Positions 23,665 through 36,345 of a DNA stretch of 64,000 bases are shown here, piece after piece. Source of the DNA: Chiloscyllium plagiosum. Taxonomy: Eukaryota. Made by a program: the position numbers and the translations under genes. The stretch lies in NCBI RefSeq assembly GCF_004010195.1, contig NC_057746.1, positions 28,863,861-28,927,860 of the forward strand, read 5' to 3'. Under the pieces are notes generated by a model. That model was given only the letters and a program-made list of their open reading frames with translations, ran no database searches and was not told the DNA's origin. Every line of letters starts with the position of its first letter. Within the stretch, counting starts at the first letter, position 1.

Positions 23665-25895
23665 AAACTGCAGATGCTGGTCATCTGAAACAAAAAGAGA
23701 AATTCCTGGAGAACCTCAGCAGGTCTGGGGTGACCCATGCAAAGAAAGCAGTGTTATTCTTTTGAGTCCAGTGACTCTCGAACAGAACAGTTAGCAGTTC
23801 AGAAAAAGTGCTTCCTGATGAAGGGCTTATGACTGGAATGTTGATTCTCCTGCTCCTCAGATGCTGCCTGACCTGCTGTGCTTTTCCAGCACCACACTCT
23901 TGACTCTCATCTCCAGCATCTGCATTTTTCTCCCATTTATGCTGAAGCCCAAATTTGGAGAAGGGGGAGGGTAAAGTGAGTGGATAAGTGCAGATGGAGT
24001 CCATGTGAGCGAGAGAGTGTGAGAGAGAGAGAGAGACGCAAGGTGTCTGTAAACGAGAAGGTTATGGATAGAAGTCAGGACAGACAAGAAGTGATAGTAA
24101 GAGCGATGAGTGAGGAAATAGGTGAGCTGTACTGAATGCAATGCGTGTATGTTGACAGTGGGTCTAGAATTCCATGAGCATGGATGACTGCTAAAAGCAA
24201 CACGTCTGAACAGACCTGGTATGAGTGGGTAAAAAACATGGAATGATCAAATTTATTGAATTTGATATTAAGTCCTCGAGGCTGCAGTGTTCTCAAATGG
24301 TAAACGAGGCACTGTTATTTCAGCTTGTGCTGAGGCTCTCTGGAACACTGCAGTGGACACACAATACAGAAATGTTGTCCAGGGTGGTGTGGTGAAGGGG
24401 CAGGCATCTGGAAGCTTAGGGTAATTTTTTATCGACAGAAAATAGATGTTCTGCAAAGCGGTTGCCCAGTCTGCTTTACGCCTCCTACAGGAGAGCACAT
24501 TGTGAACAGCAAATACAGTAGATTAGACAGAGTGATGCAGGTAAATTGCTGCTTCACCTGGAAGGTCTGCCTGGCACCCTGGATAGTGAGGAGGGGGGAG
24601 GTGAACAGACTGGTGTTAAACCTTCTGCAATTGCATGGGAAGATGCCTTGGGGTGTGGGAAGGTGTTGGGAGTGAAGGAGGAGTGAACCAGTGTGTTGCA
24701 GAAGGAATAGTCCCTGTGGAACACTGACAAGGTAGAAGAAGGGAATATGTATCTGGTGGTGGAATCTGACTGGAAGTGATGGAAATGGCAGCTAACGATT
24801 GTTTGGATGCATAAGCTGGTGGAGTGGTAACTGAGGAGTACAGCGACGCTATCATTGTTGTGGGAGGGAAGAGAAAAGAGGTGTGAGGTGAAGAGCAGGA
24901 GACAGGTCAAACATGGTTTAGGTCCTGTAACCCACAGTTACAGGGAATCTTTGATTGAGGAAAAGGATGGACATTTCAGAGGCAGTCCCCTGTGGAAGGC
25001 GATATCATCAGAACAGATGTGATGGAGGTGGAGAAACTGGAGCAATGGGATGGAGTCCTTACAAGAGGCAGGGTGAGGATGTACAGTCATGGTAACTGTG
25101 AGAGACGGTGAGCTTGTTCGTGGCCAGCCTATTCCCCAAAAAACAGAGATATCAAGAAGGGAATGGCGGAGTCAGGGAAGGACCAGGTGAAGGTGGCAGT
25201 CATGTGGAAATTGAAATCTCTGCAAGGGCCATTCCTTCCAGGAGACTCTGACCCACTTCTTCTCCATTCCCGACATCTCCCCACACCCCCACATCACCTT
25301 TCCTTGTAATTGCTGAAGGTGAAACATCAGCCTGAATACCTCCTCCATCCTCTGGATCCAGGGCTCCAAACCTATCTTCCAGCTGAAGTAGTGATTAACT
25401 GCACTTCACCGCTGTATTTACTGTTCATAGTGCAGTCTCTTCTAATTTGGGGAATAAAATTGCAGACTGGATGACCACTTTGCAGAATACCCAAGTCTTG
25501 TACTGACTGATTTTACCTCAGTTGACTATTCCCATGTATTCCAAGATTTGTTATCATATTATTTGAATTGCTATCATACAGTCACCCATTTTCTCCTACT
25601 ATTTGCTCCTATGATCTCTGATTCAGCTTTTCTGCTGTCCCAGTCTGCTATCCATAATCTCCTTATTTACCCACCTCTTTCATCTCTCTCTCACTCTCTA
25701 TCTCTGGGCTTCATCTCCACCAATCTGTGCACTTCCTATCTCCCCAACTCTGCTCCTGTCCCCCAAACTAAACTTTGTCTTCATCATAAGTACTAGTGTT
25801 TCTGAACTTCTGATGAAGTGTCACCAGACATGAACAGATAACATTCCTTTCTTCCCACAGATGGTGCCAGACCTGCTGAGTTGTTCCAACAATTT
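23665..25895. mobile_element. Old decayed Penelope-like element(s), shared with paralogue 57685-60465
   Basis: Minus-strand TLQPRGLNIKFNKF (GIY-YIG C-terminus), PLE RT-like remnants and pseudo-LTR motifs at both ends. Confidence 0.65.
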
Positions 25896-26499
25896 TTGTT
25901 CTTTTCACCAGTCTATCCAATCTCCCTTCACAAATATACCTCTCCAAACAAAAACTCCACTGCACCCTCTCCAGTCTAATTACATCCATGCTCGAATGTG
26001 AATTCCAGCGCTGTACTCTTAATGTTCTTGCAGTTTTTTGAATCTGGGGAATACAGATCCACAGACTAAATGATCCTCTTGGAGAAAACATGTTTGTTCA
26101 TCTCAACATTAACAGTAGGACCTCATTTTCTTAAATGAAAGCAAAACTTTGTAGTCAGTTAAATGTTTTTGCAGTGCTTATGAACTTTAAAATGTCCCTT
26201 TTTAAAAAAAAATATATGGAGCCACTTTGAAGGCCTGGAAACAGTTCCTGTTGGTGGAAACCTGCCTGGTGACTAATTTGACAAGTGAGTAATTTCTGTC
26301 TGGATTGCCCTTCTCTCATCTCTCTGAATGGGGTTTCTTCCTCCATCCTCCACCTCCTTGCCCTGACTGATCAAACCCTGGTTACCCTGTGTGAGGGGAT
26401 TATGAAAGCACAGGTCAGCTGCAATCTGACTGAGTGGTGCAGGGAGGCCATGACAGGCTTTGTGGCCTACTCCCCTTCCTGATGTTTCTGTGATTGCAG

Positions 26500-26784
26500 G
26501 TACAGGCCGCCAGCCCAGGATCGAGATGGAGGGCCAAACAGGCGATGATATCAGACTGGGCTGCAGATCTGAAGGGTGGTACCCACAGCCACTCATCCTG
26601 TGGGTGGACGGAGATGGTGTGAACATGACAGCCCAGCAGCAAACCACGTACCAGCCAGACTCTCAGGGGCTGTTCACGGTCAGCAGCTCCGTCGAGATCC
26701 CCAAGCACTCCCCCAACAAGTAGACTTGTGTCATTAACAATGTGATCCTGAAGGAGACACAGGAGGCTCACATCCAGATCGCAG
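26500..26784 (+). pseudogene. IgC exon of locus B (premature TAG)
   Basis: 285-nt phase 1-1 exon; PNK*TC versus PNKYTC in locus C. Confidence 0.9.
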
Positions 26785-27131
26785 GTCTGTCACGGTGAGA
26801 AGAGACCTTCCCAGACACTCAGCGGGCTGGGGGAAAAGACTTGAATCAGATTGTGGACAAATGTAATATCCCAAGGAAATGCTGTGATTGAAACAGGCTC
26901 CTTGTGGCCCTGGTTAGAGACAATTGGCAAGAAATAAACCTCTCATGGATACAGCTTGCCCCTTATGGCAACAAAAGGCATTTCAACGGGATGGAGGGAA
27001 TGATTGAGATTGAGGGAGAGTGAGAGGCTGCGACAGAAAGAGAAGAAGAGGGTGTGATGGAGGTAGAAGGAGAGCAGGTGATGCAGGTTTGGGGAGGGAG
27101 GGGGGGGAGTGAGTGTAATGGAAGAGCAGAG

Positions 27132-27930
27132 TGTTATAGACTGGGTCAGACCACTCAAAACATTCTTAAGCAGGCAGCCCAGACCATAACTTTGCAATTT
27201 GTTTCAATAAGTGTGCAGTGAAAATTACCCGGAGTAAGTTAGCGAGGTTGACTACCAAGTTTTAAAACAGACAACAATTTATTCACAAAATTACGGAATG
27301 ACACACAAAGAACAGAAGAAAGAACTCAGTCTATCTAAACTAGACTTAATTGTGCTGTTGAAAATTGTAGTGCTGGAAAAACACAGCAGGCCAGGCAGCA
27401 TCTGTGGAGCAGGAGAATCGACTGTGGAGCAGGAATGAAGAAGGGCTTATGCCCGAAATGTCGAGTCTCCTGCTCCTCGGATGCTGCCTGGCCTGCTGTG
27501 TTTTTCCAGCACCATACTTTTCAACACTGGTCTCCAGCATCTGCAGTCCTCACTTTCTCTTAATTGTGCTGTTCCAAATATGCACAATAGTCCCAATAAA
27601 CAAATCCCTTAAACACAGTAAAAAATAAAACAAAGATTTACAGGGCAAAGATAGAAGGGCCGAAGCAGAGAGAGTCAAGCAGCCTGTTTCCACAAAGCCC
27701 ACTGCTGAACTCCTAACTAAAGTTCTGAACTGAACTGCTCTGCTAGAGAGTTGGCCACATTCCCTTGACTTATGCAGATTATTTCTCAAAACATAAAAGC
27801 TCTGGCCTAAAGTCTCATCTGTTTATGGATAAACATATCTGTACCAAACCATTCGATTCGGAGCCTAATTGGTTTATGATCCCTCTGAAAAAACCCAAGG
27901 ACACAGTATCCCTGAGAAAAGGAACAGCCT
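27132..27930. mobile_element. Solo-LTR-like insertion specific to locus B, with nested fold-back PLE fragment (27360-27558)
   Basis: Starts TGTTAT; absent at the paralogous position near 61715; the nested piece is bounded by the 15-bp direct repeat CTTAATTGTGCTGTT. Confidence 0.55.
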
Positions 27931-28435
27931 TTTGAGTGGGCAGACTTAGAGTTTGCGAAAAGGAAGGGAGGTGATGGAAAGAGAGAGAGAGATAGTATAA
28001 CAGAGGTTGGAAGAGGGAGGTGGGGAGAGACTGCGAAGATAATAGAACGGAGGTTTTGGAGAGGGAGAAGAATAATGGAGGGAGAGAGGCTGATGGAGGG
28101 AGAGGGATGATTGAAGCTGGGTACAGGGTATGACAATAGGTTACTGTTCATTCCAACAGCTGAATGGTTCATTTTCTCACTCTTTTCTCTCTTTCCCCTT
28201 TCCCTGTTCTCCATCTCCTCTCTCTCCCTTTGTATCCCCATTCTCCCCCCTTTCCCATTCTCTCACTGACTCTTTCTCCCTCCTCCCCCTTCCCTCTTCC
28301 CCCCACCTTACCCCCACCATTTCCTCCTCCATCTATTTATCTCATTTCTCTCTCCGCTCTCTGTCTATCCCACCCCCTCTCACTTTTCTTCCATTCCTCT
28401 CCCTTTATTCTCTTCTTCTGTTTATCTCGATACAG

Positions 28436-28555
28436 ATTCCTTCTTCCCAGGTGTTTCCGGATGGCTGACAGCATTCTGGATCCTGTTTGCTCTGATTGTT
28501 GCAACAGTCGCTCTCACAGTGTGGAACCATCAGAAATTACTGAATAAGATTCAAG
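28436..28555 (+). CDS. Transmembrane exon of locus B (open)
   Basis: DSFFPGVSGWLTAFWILFALIVATVALTVWNHQKLLNKIQ; AG/GT boundaries conserved with locus C. Confidence 0.8.
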
Positions 28556-30707
28556 GTGACAAACTCTGCTCAAACATACAGAACTTCTTTCAAGAAGTAA
28601 TCATAAACCAAATCTAATAATTTATTAAAAGAAACTAAAACAGTGCTGGAAATACTCCACAGATCAAACAGAGAGAGAGGTGGGGTGTGGGAGGATAGAG
28701 TTAGTGTTTCAGGGGGAATAGAGTTTATTTTTAGTGAGGAACCTATTCATTACAGTCTGACTTTGATGGTATTTCCTGAGGTCATAGTGCCCATTGTACT
28801 CATTAATTTATTTGATTTTCTTTTCCAGGCCTCAGGAAATCTGAAGATAATCTCAGTAAGTGATGTTTCTTCAGTCTGTGTGACACGTTACTCGGACTCT
28901 AGCTGTTGAGAAATTTCACACTCTCACTCTCACTGTTTCTGTCCTGAGAGGGCTCAGACCCCTTTCTGTATGTTACTGATCTCACCAGTAACCAGGAGGG
29001 TCCCTCGGTCTGTTCCTGCTGATCCTTTCTGTGAGTATATCCTTTTCTTCACACACCCCTTCCCCACCAGATTCTCTATCTCATTCCAAATTATCCTCTT
29101 CTGACAGTACAGTACCTCTCAGAGAGTGATGTTCTGTCCTTGTTTCCTGTTGCAGAGGTATGTTGTTACAGTGGTCGCATAATGCCTCCTTCAGGCAGGA
29201 AGTTGTTAAACTGTGTTTAATTTCTCTCTGGGTGTTTGTTTTGAACAATCATGAGTGAGTGGGGTCAGGGCTCTCACAGAACCATAAAGGCTTTTAGTTT
29301 TGCTTTCATTTAATGAGATGGTTTCAGCAGGTTGCTGAGCTAAAGGCTTGAGTTCTCTGCTGCTAGAATAAAGTCTTACACAGTTAGGCTTCCTCTTAGA
29401 AATCAAAAGAGGCAGATTATTTATTTATTCTGGACTGGAGAGGGACTGCGTATGGGAATCAAAACGATTTCACTGAATTGAATTTTTCCAAAGGTTATGT
29501 TTGTTGGATGCTGTCTATGTTGGAACTCCTATGATGATTAGTGTTTAAATAATACACCATTTTGTTAACCTTATTTCGATTGAAATACTTATGACAGTTC
29601 TTCTTTAACTGTGTTATAAGAATAAAGTGTGTTTTGATTAAAGCCTAGTAGCAGACCAATCAAAAAACAGCACCTTAAGCTTGCTATAAAATAAATATAA
29701 ATTTAGAATCGAGGCTATCTCCTTTCAATTGGGTGGGGGTGGGGTGCAGTGACTTTTCTGGTCTCTCTCTCAACTCTCTCCCCTGTCACTTTCCATTCTA
29801 ACCCTTTTCTCTTCCCACTTCCTCTTACCCTTTTTCTCCCCTTCCATCTCAACCTTCTCTCCCCACTTTTTCCTCTGCATCGCGTGCTCTCTCTCTCTTC
29901 CTCTCGCTCTCTCTGTGTCTCACCTGTCTCTCCACCTCTCATTCCTGTGGTCTCCCTGCTCTTTCTCCCTCTCTTTCTCCCCCCAATTCCTTCTAGTCCT
30001 TTTTCTCAACCTCTCTCTTCTTCTCTCCCTCCTCCTCTCTCTCCCCGACTCTCTCACCCTCTTCTCTTTCACTTCCCCTCCCTCTTTCTTTTCCGCACCA
30101 TTTCTCTCCTTCTTCCACCCCCAGCCCTTCTCTCACTCATCTCTCTCATCTCTCTCTCTCATACCCACACACTGCCCACTCTGCCTCTGTCCTACACATA
30201 TCTCTCTTTCAATGCCAATTGTACAGGACCATGGTGCAACCACACCTGAAGTACTGGGTGCAATTTCTCTCCTTACTTGAGGAAGGATGTTCTGATTATG
30301 GAGGAAATATAGCGAAGGTTTATCAAACTGATTCTTCAGGAGAAAGTGAGGACTGCAGTTGCTGGAGAGATGAGTTGAAAAGTGTAGTGCTGGGAAAGCA
30401 CAGCAGGTCAGGCAACATCCAAGGAGCAGGAATATGTCCATCCATATGTCAGTATCCTCTCACACTGGAGCAGAGGAACAATGCATTCCTCACAGCGCAG
30501 TTTTCTCTAATTCAACGCTCTCTGACTAGGCTCCCACATTCTAACCTGTAAACTTGAGGCCACCTGACCCTCTGCTGCCTGTGTTTTCACTTATCTCAAG
30601 TCCCACCCTCCTGCTTGCTGACCTACATTGGCTCCCAGTTAATTCTTAATTTCTCACCCAGTTCTCCAATCCCATCAAGTCCTTGCCTTCACTACAATTA
30701 TGAAGAT

Positions 30708-31400
30708 GTAGGTTTATCTTTGAGAGAGTTAAATGCAGCAGAACTACTGGACACAGCACCAAGTGTTCTCAATAAGGCAACAATGTATATAACACTGGGG
30801 TGAACAACTCGATTAGTTTGTTGCCTGGAGACAAAAACAAATTCGAATTGGGCAAATCAATTTAAATTATACCCCAGAAAAATACCAATTTCCAATCAAG
30901 TTTGAATTGATTATATTGACAATCTTAAATGCCAATGACACAATCCAAAGCTCTGGGGTATCAGACTGGGGGGAATTTGAACAGTTAAGAGGAGGACTGC
31001 CAAGTCCTAGCATATAACAGATTGCTTGAAAACCAAATCTCTCTTAAGAGTACCTTTTCGATCAGTAACATGTAATGCAGAAATTCCTAACAAGGAGAAA
31101 AAAAGACACAGGAAGATCCGAAGATAAGAACCTAAAGCTGCCTGGTTTTGAGATAAGAAGTGTTTTTTAAAACTTAATTGGGAGTTTCATTGGACTAGTA
31201 TTATAGAAGGGAAGTTTAGAAAAATAAATTTTAAACAGTGGTTAGTTAATTATTCTCTGTCATACTTTAAGAAATAAAGTTGTTAATTTTTACTTTACAT
31301 TGTTCTTGGCCACTTGGATTTTTACGATTACTGCATGGGATAAATCTTTATTATGTTGCTGGTTTTAAATTAAGCAGGAGAGTTTACCCCATGTCATGAC
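30708..31400 (+). mobile_element. Solo-LTR-like element interrupting an old LINE remnant
   Basis: TG...ATGACA ends with internal AATAAA; flanking sequence on both sides resembles 11590-12130. Confidence 0.4.
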
Positions 31401-33399
31401 ACTACTCTGTAACTCCTCCAGCCCTTCAATCCTGCAAGATATCTGTGCTCCTCTAATTCTATCCTCTAGCACACCACAATTATATTTGCTCCTTCATTTG
31501 GAGATACAGTGTCAGCTGTCTCAGTTCCAAACCCTAATTCCCCCACCACCATTTCAATTTCCTCCTAAGAAACTTTGAAAAAGCTTTGATCACCTTACGT
31601 AACATCTCACTGTGTCACTGTCTTATTTTTATTCAGGATACATGTATGAAGGATTTTCAGATTTTTAACAGAAAAACAGGCATTCTATGATACAAATTGT
31701 AGTTGTGTAATATAGTTGTAGTATATTTTCTGACAGGTGAGCAATACTACACTGGATACATAAGGACGTACCAATGTAGGAAATAGGAGTAGGCCATCTC
31801 CCCACTCAAGATAATAAGGTCATGGCTGATCTTTTCATGATTTGGAGATTTCAGAGCAGCGCTCTGAAAGCTAGTGTTCCAAATAAATCTGTTATACTAT
31901 AACCTGGTATTGTGTGATTTTTAATTTTGATCTTTTCAAGGATTCAGCTCCACTTACTCACCCACTCATCATAACCCACGATTCATTTACTGTTCAAAAA
32001 TCTATCTATCTTTGCTTTAAAAACATTCAGTGAGATAGTCTCAACTGCTTTACTGGGCACAGAATTTCGGGCTTCACCACCCTTTGGTTAAAGAAGTTCC
32101 TTCTCAACTCAGTTTTAAATCTGCTCCCCCTTATTATGAGATTATGCCTCTTGGTTTGAGTTTCACCCACCAGTGGTGCTTCTATCTCCCTGCTTCTATC
32201 TTATCTATTGTCCTCATAATGGAAGACTTGTATCACCAAGTTTGTATTCAAAAAAAATTTCTAAACTATATTCCCCTTCCAAAAAAAGTCTCAAGTGAAG
32301 TAATGTTTTGTTTTTTCAGTGATATTTCTGGTACAGTTGATGTTAGATTTAAATTACCTTGCTCCCCATACGATAAATTTTGCTCCTTTCTGTTTTTCTC
32401 TTTAGAATCTAAGAAACTTCAGCAGAAGTTAGGTAAGAGATGATTCCCAAAACTTCCTCACTCTGGGATTGGAGTTTCACCTCCTGTTCTGCACTGGTTC
32501 CTTTATTTTAGAAAACACTGGCATGAAAATAAAATTTGTTAATGAAATGAAGTCTGTTGAGTGTGATTTATTCAGACATTCCAATTCCCTGTTTCCTTTT
32601 AGAACAATGGAGGCCTTTGGTCCAGTCAGGTATGTTCTGTGCGTGAACACATAATGAAAGGAACCTCACCGATCAGTATTTGTGTATTTTTTGATGTTTG
32701 CCCATGGTAATGTTGGGCCAAATAGAACAGGAAGATATGAAGATCAACAATATGTGATTCTGTACCTTTACTCAATCTAAAGGGGTGTGTGTGTGTCTAT
32801 GCACATTGTTAAGGTAAAGCCAGTCACTCCCCACTGTGGCTCACCCTCCAGTCCTTACCTCACTGTGAATCATGATTTACTTCAACTGTTGTCCTGTTTG
32901 AGAGTATTGTGGATGATTAATCTTCTTCTTCCTTTTCTGTTATCTTTGTAGAATGGAACAGGATACGGAGCTATGCAGGTAAAATGCTGGGTGCAGCAGA
33001 CTGTGTGTTTGTATCTGTGTAGTAGTGCATGGACAGGCTGTCTGTCTTCATCACCCTGTTCTGGCTGACCAAGAACCTCTCCCATCCCTGTCACCTGCAA
33101 TTGGCTTGTCAGAAGGATTTACAAGATTGCTTATTAATCTGGTCATGTTATGACAGAAACTCCACGGGATTCAAGTTGTGAAGCGGAACTTGAGCCTGAC
33201 GTTTCTGGCCCAGAGGCAGTGAAGTTACTCACTGTACCACATGACCTCCTCAGAGGTTTAAGACAATTCAACAGTCTACAGTCACTTTTGCTGACATCAC
33301 AGCTTTATTCCACTAATTTGTTTTAAACTATTTCTCAAATTCTCAAACTGCACTGGTGGAATTGGAATTCACCCTCTCCGGGCTTTGGGTTCAGCAACA

Positions 33400-33735
33400 T
33401 GGGGAGGCAATGCCCAGAAAATTAAGCGTGAAAACCAAGTCATGGTCTGGGGACGAGGGTTCAAATCCCACCATGCCAGATGAATGCATTTGGATACAAT
33501 TAAAAGCCTGGAATTAAGAGTGTAATGGTGACCATAAAATAGACGCCGATTGTTAGGAAAATGCCATCTGGTTCACTTATGCCCTTCAAGGAAGGAACTG
33601 TTATCTTTACCCTGTGTGTGGCCTACATGTGACTTCAGACTCTCAGCAATGTTACTGACTCTTAACTGCCCTCTGGACAATGAGGGACAGGCAATTAATG
33701 CTGGACTGGCCAGTGACACCCTCATCCTGTGAAAT
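33400..33735 (+). mobile_element. tRNA-derived SINE sharing its 3' tail with the LINE at 35690-36345
   Basis: B-box GGTTCAAATCCC; tail GGGACAGGCAATTAATGCTGG..GCCAGTGACACC resembles GGGATGGGCTATCAGTGCTGGCCAGCCAGCGACACC. Confidence 0.6.
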
Positions 33736-34572
33736 AATATGAAATGAAGCACTACACACTGGTGAAAAGACCCCCCCCCCCTCCCATTTTATACAGCACG
33801 AGAGGAAAGTGCTAATTTGTTCAGCCATCTTTGATGTGGAGATGCAGCAAGAACTGTCAATTTTTATTCTCAGACCAGATTCTGGTTGGTCAGGGAGATG
33901 CCATGAAAATGCAGCAGAGAATATGTACCCCTCTCATCCTGCATTTCACCGAGCCCCTTCCAGCACTTACTTCTCTCATTAAAGCACTTAAATTCCCTGT
34001 CCCCTACCCACCGTTTCTTATATAACACTCTTTCGACCCTCCCCCTGCAATTTCCTCTTCCTTCCCTTGCTGACCTCCTATCCCATCTCCTGCTCTTGTC
34101 CCTCTCCTTTCCCTTCCTTCCCGTTTTCTTTGAATTGAATTAGCTTTATATTGGGTGCTCAAATGAGTACAGTGAAAAGTCTGAGATAACATTTCAGGTA
34201 GAGTGAATTCTGAGGAAGGGTCACTCCACCCAAATTCTGATTTATGTCCACATGTGCTGCCAGACCCGCTGAGCTTTTCTAAGAATCTCTGTTGTTGACA
34301 GTGGAAAGTTTATAATTTGCCACTTACAGCACCATCTTGGGTACAATCCTAAAGAACAGAATAGAGAAATGTTCCATTACAGAGAGATACAAGAAGCAAA
34401 GTTTAAAAAGACAAACATAGACCAGCGGAGGGCGGAAGTTCACGTGTTCTGACCGCTGGGCTACTCCCACTACGCTCTGAGCTGGGCCGCTGCTCCCTGG
34501 AGACCCCAATCCTTAACCCTCCCCTCTTCACCCGCCACCTCTCTGACGGTGTTATTTGATCTCTTCCCCCAG

Positions 34573-35126
34573 CTCCAGCCTCTCTGACTCTGGATCCGAA
34601 CACAGCGCATCCCCGGCTCATCCTGTCTGAGGACCGGACCAGTGTGAGACTCGGAGACACAGAGCAGCCGCTCCCTGACTCCCCGGAGAGATTTCATTTC
34701 TGGGAATGCGTCCTGGGATCAGAGGGATTCACATCAGGGAGACATTACTGGGAGGCGGAGGTAGGGGAGAAGACAGAGTATTTTCTGGGCGTGGCCCGAG
34801 AGTCTGTGGACAGGAAAGGAGAGATCGACCTGATCCCGGAGACCGGATTCTGGATTGTGGGGCTGTTACCTGGATGCGGTTATTTTGCCGCTACCCCCCC
34901 CTCCCCCCCGACCGCCCTCTTCCCGAGAGTGAATCCCCGGAAGATCGGGGTTTTCCTGGACTATGAGGGTGGACAGGTGTCATTTTACAATGCGGACACC
35001 ATGTCCTACCTCCACACTTTCACCCACACTTTCACTGAGAGGCTCTTTCCCATCTTCCATCCGGGAGGGAATGACGGCGGGAAAAACTCCGCCCCGCTGA
35101 CAATCTGCGGGATTAAAGGGCACTGA
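34573..35126 (+). CDS. B30.2 (PRY-SPRY) exon of locus B, intact, TRIM-like sequence type
   Basis: [26 protein letters not shown]...[10 protein letters not shown]...[18 protein letters not shown]...[13 protein letters not shown]; acceptor CCCCCAG at 34566-34572 (alternative in-frame AG at 34578). Confidence 0.9.
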
Positions 35127-35456
35127 CACATCCATCCCATAATTTCACCCCGTCCCCCTCTCTCCTGCCAGCTGTAAACTGATGGGGGTCGGTCTCAGTC
35201 TGGGGGAAAGAAGGAGGGAGAGAGAAGAAACAAATAGAAGCTCAGTTGTAGAGAGGGACTGACTGGGTAGAGTGAGCTGTGAGCTGCAGGAACCCGGGAA
35301 CCTTCCTTTCTGTCATGTTGCTCCACAGGCGGGAGGTGGTACTACATGGCGTTGTTGGAGATGAATGTTAATGAGAATGTGCTTGTGTTGGATTGGGATG
35401 GACAAAGTTAAAAATCACACAACACTAGGTTTTAGTCCAACAGGTTTATTTGGAAA

Positions 35457-35491
35457 CACTAGCTTTCAGAGCGCCGCTCCTTCATCAGGTG
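35457..35491 (-). ncRNA. Minimal hammerhead ribozyme motif, second PLE family
   Basis: Minus strand reads CAC-CTGATGA-A-GGAGC ggc GCTCT-GAAA-GC-TA-GTG (stem I CAC/GTG, palindromic AGCT stem III). Confidence 0.65.
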
Positions 35492-35689
35492 GTTGTGGAA
35501 CTGGATGATAAGACACTGAATTTATTGCAGATTACAGGGTCATGCAACAAAAATAAATTATTGAATCATCTTTTAGAATGGGTTGCAGATTTTGTTTCTA
35601 AATCCCAGAACTTCTTTTAAGTGACATTCTCAAGATAACTTAAGTTTTATGTAAAAAAAGTGATCAGACTGGACTCAACTGGGCTCACT

Positions 35690-36345
35690 ACATAAATGCA
35701 GTGGCTACACGAGAAGGTCAGAGACTAGCGATACTGTGGCGAGTAACTCACCTCCTGACCCCCAAATGCTATCCACCATCTACAAGGTACAAATCAGGAG
35801 TGTGATGGAATGCTCCCCACTTGTCTGGATGGGTACAGTTCCAACACTCAAAAAAGATTGACACCATCTAGGACAAAGCAATCCGCTCGATTAGCACCAC
35901 ATCTATAAACATTCAATTCTTCAACTACTGGCGCTCAGTAGCAACAGTGTGTACTATCTACAAGATGCACTGCAGAAATTCACCAAAGATCTTTAGACAA
36001 CACCTTCCAAACCTATGACTACTTCCTAAGGACAAGGGCAGCAAGGACTTAGGAACACCACCTGCAGGTTCCCCTCCAAGCCACACACCACCCTGACTTG
36101 GAAATATACTGCCATTCCATCACAGTCATTGGGTCAAAATCCTGGAATTCCCTCCCCATTGGCATTGTGGGTCAACCCACAGAAAGCGGACTACAGTGAT
36201 TCAAGAAGGCAGCTCACCAGCACCTTCTCAAAGGCAAATGGGGCCACAGGGCCTGTCCCGGGCTGTAAATTTTCTTTGTTCTTTCTACTTTAAATAGGGA
36301 TGGGCTATCAGTGCTGGCCAGCCAGCGACACCCAAGTTCTACAAA
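35690..36345 (+). mobile_element. LINE 3' fragment (CR1/L2-related RT C-terminus)
   Basis: Encodes remnant LSTIYKVQIRSVMECSPLVWMG..IDTI*DKAIRSI; same family as 2840-3810. Confidence 0.7.

Larger units (their letters stand above)
13310..29745 (+). repeat. Segmental duplication copy 1 (contains locus B), paralogous to about 45615-63430
   Basis: Collinear unique sequence and shared old repeats, e.g. 14160-14440 vs 46860-47135, 20300-21000 vs 50640-51320, 22285-23360 vs 52917-53970, 25900-27130 vs 60470-61715, 28430-29700 vs 62120-63420. Confidence 0.85.
20409..35126 (+). pseudogene. Butyrophilin-like locus B (signal 20409-20448, IgV 21931-22283, IgC 26500-26784, TM 28436-28555, heptads 28829-28855, 32406-32432, 32603-32629, 32952-32978, B30.2 34573-35126); ectodomain exons disrupted
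   Basis: Signal MFPLLQILIWILH; Ig[32 protein letters not shown]; IgC LGCRSEGWYPQP; TM WLTAFWILFALIVATVALTVW. Lesions: +1 G at 21977-21982 (giving TGA 22011-22013), -1 near 22032, 10-nt deletion after 22055, TAC>TAG at 26721-26723. Confidence 0.88.

Noticed and set aside
29749-30280. Long Leu/Ser/Pro/Phe-rich ORFs (also 6047-6333, 28130-28547, 63421-63934)
   Set aside because: Translations of CT-rich low-complexity intron tracts that lack stop codons by composition.
31737-31763. Possible additional 27-nt heptad exon of locus B (SEQYYTGYI)
   Set aside because: The acceptor is plausible but the donor reads GGACGT, not GT; at best a decayed exon.
32320-32330. Possible micro-exon after TTTTTTCAG
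   Set aside because: 11 nt to the next GT would break the frame.
34420-34500. CpG-rich GGCGGAAGTTCACGTG (ETS plus E-box) upstream of the B30.2 exon as an internal promoter
   Set aside because: It adjoins a retroelement-like remnant and there is no suitable in-frame ATG at the start of the exon; motif alone is insufficient.
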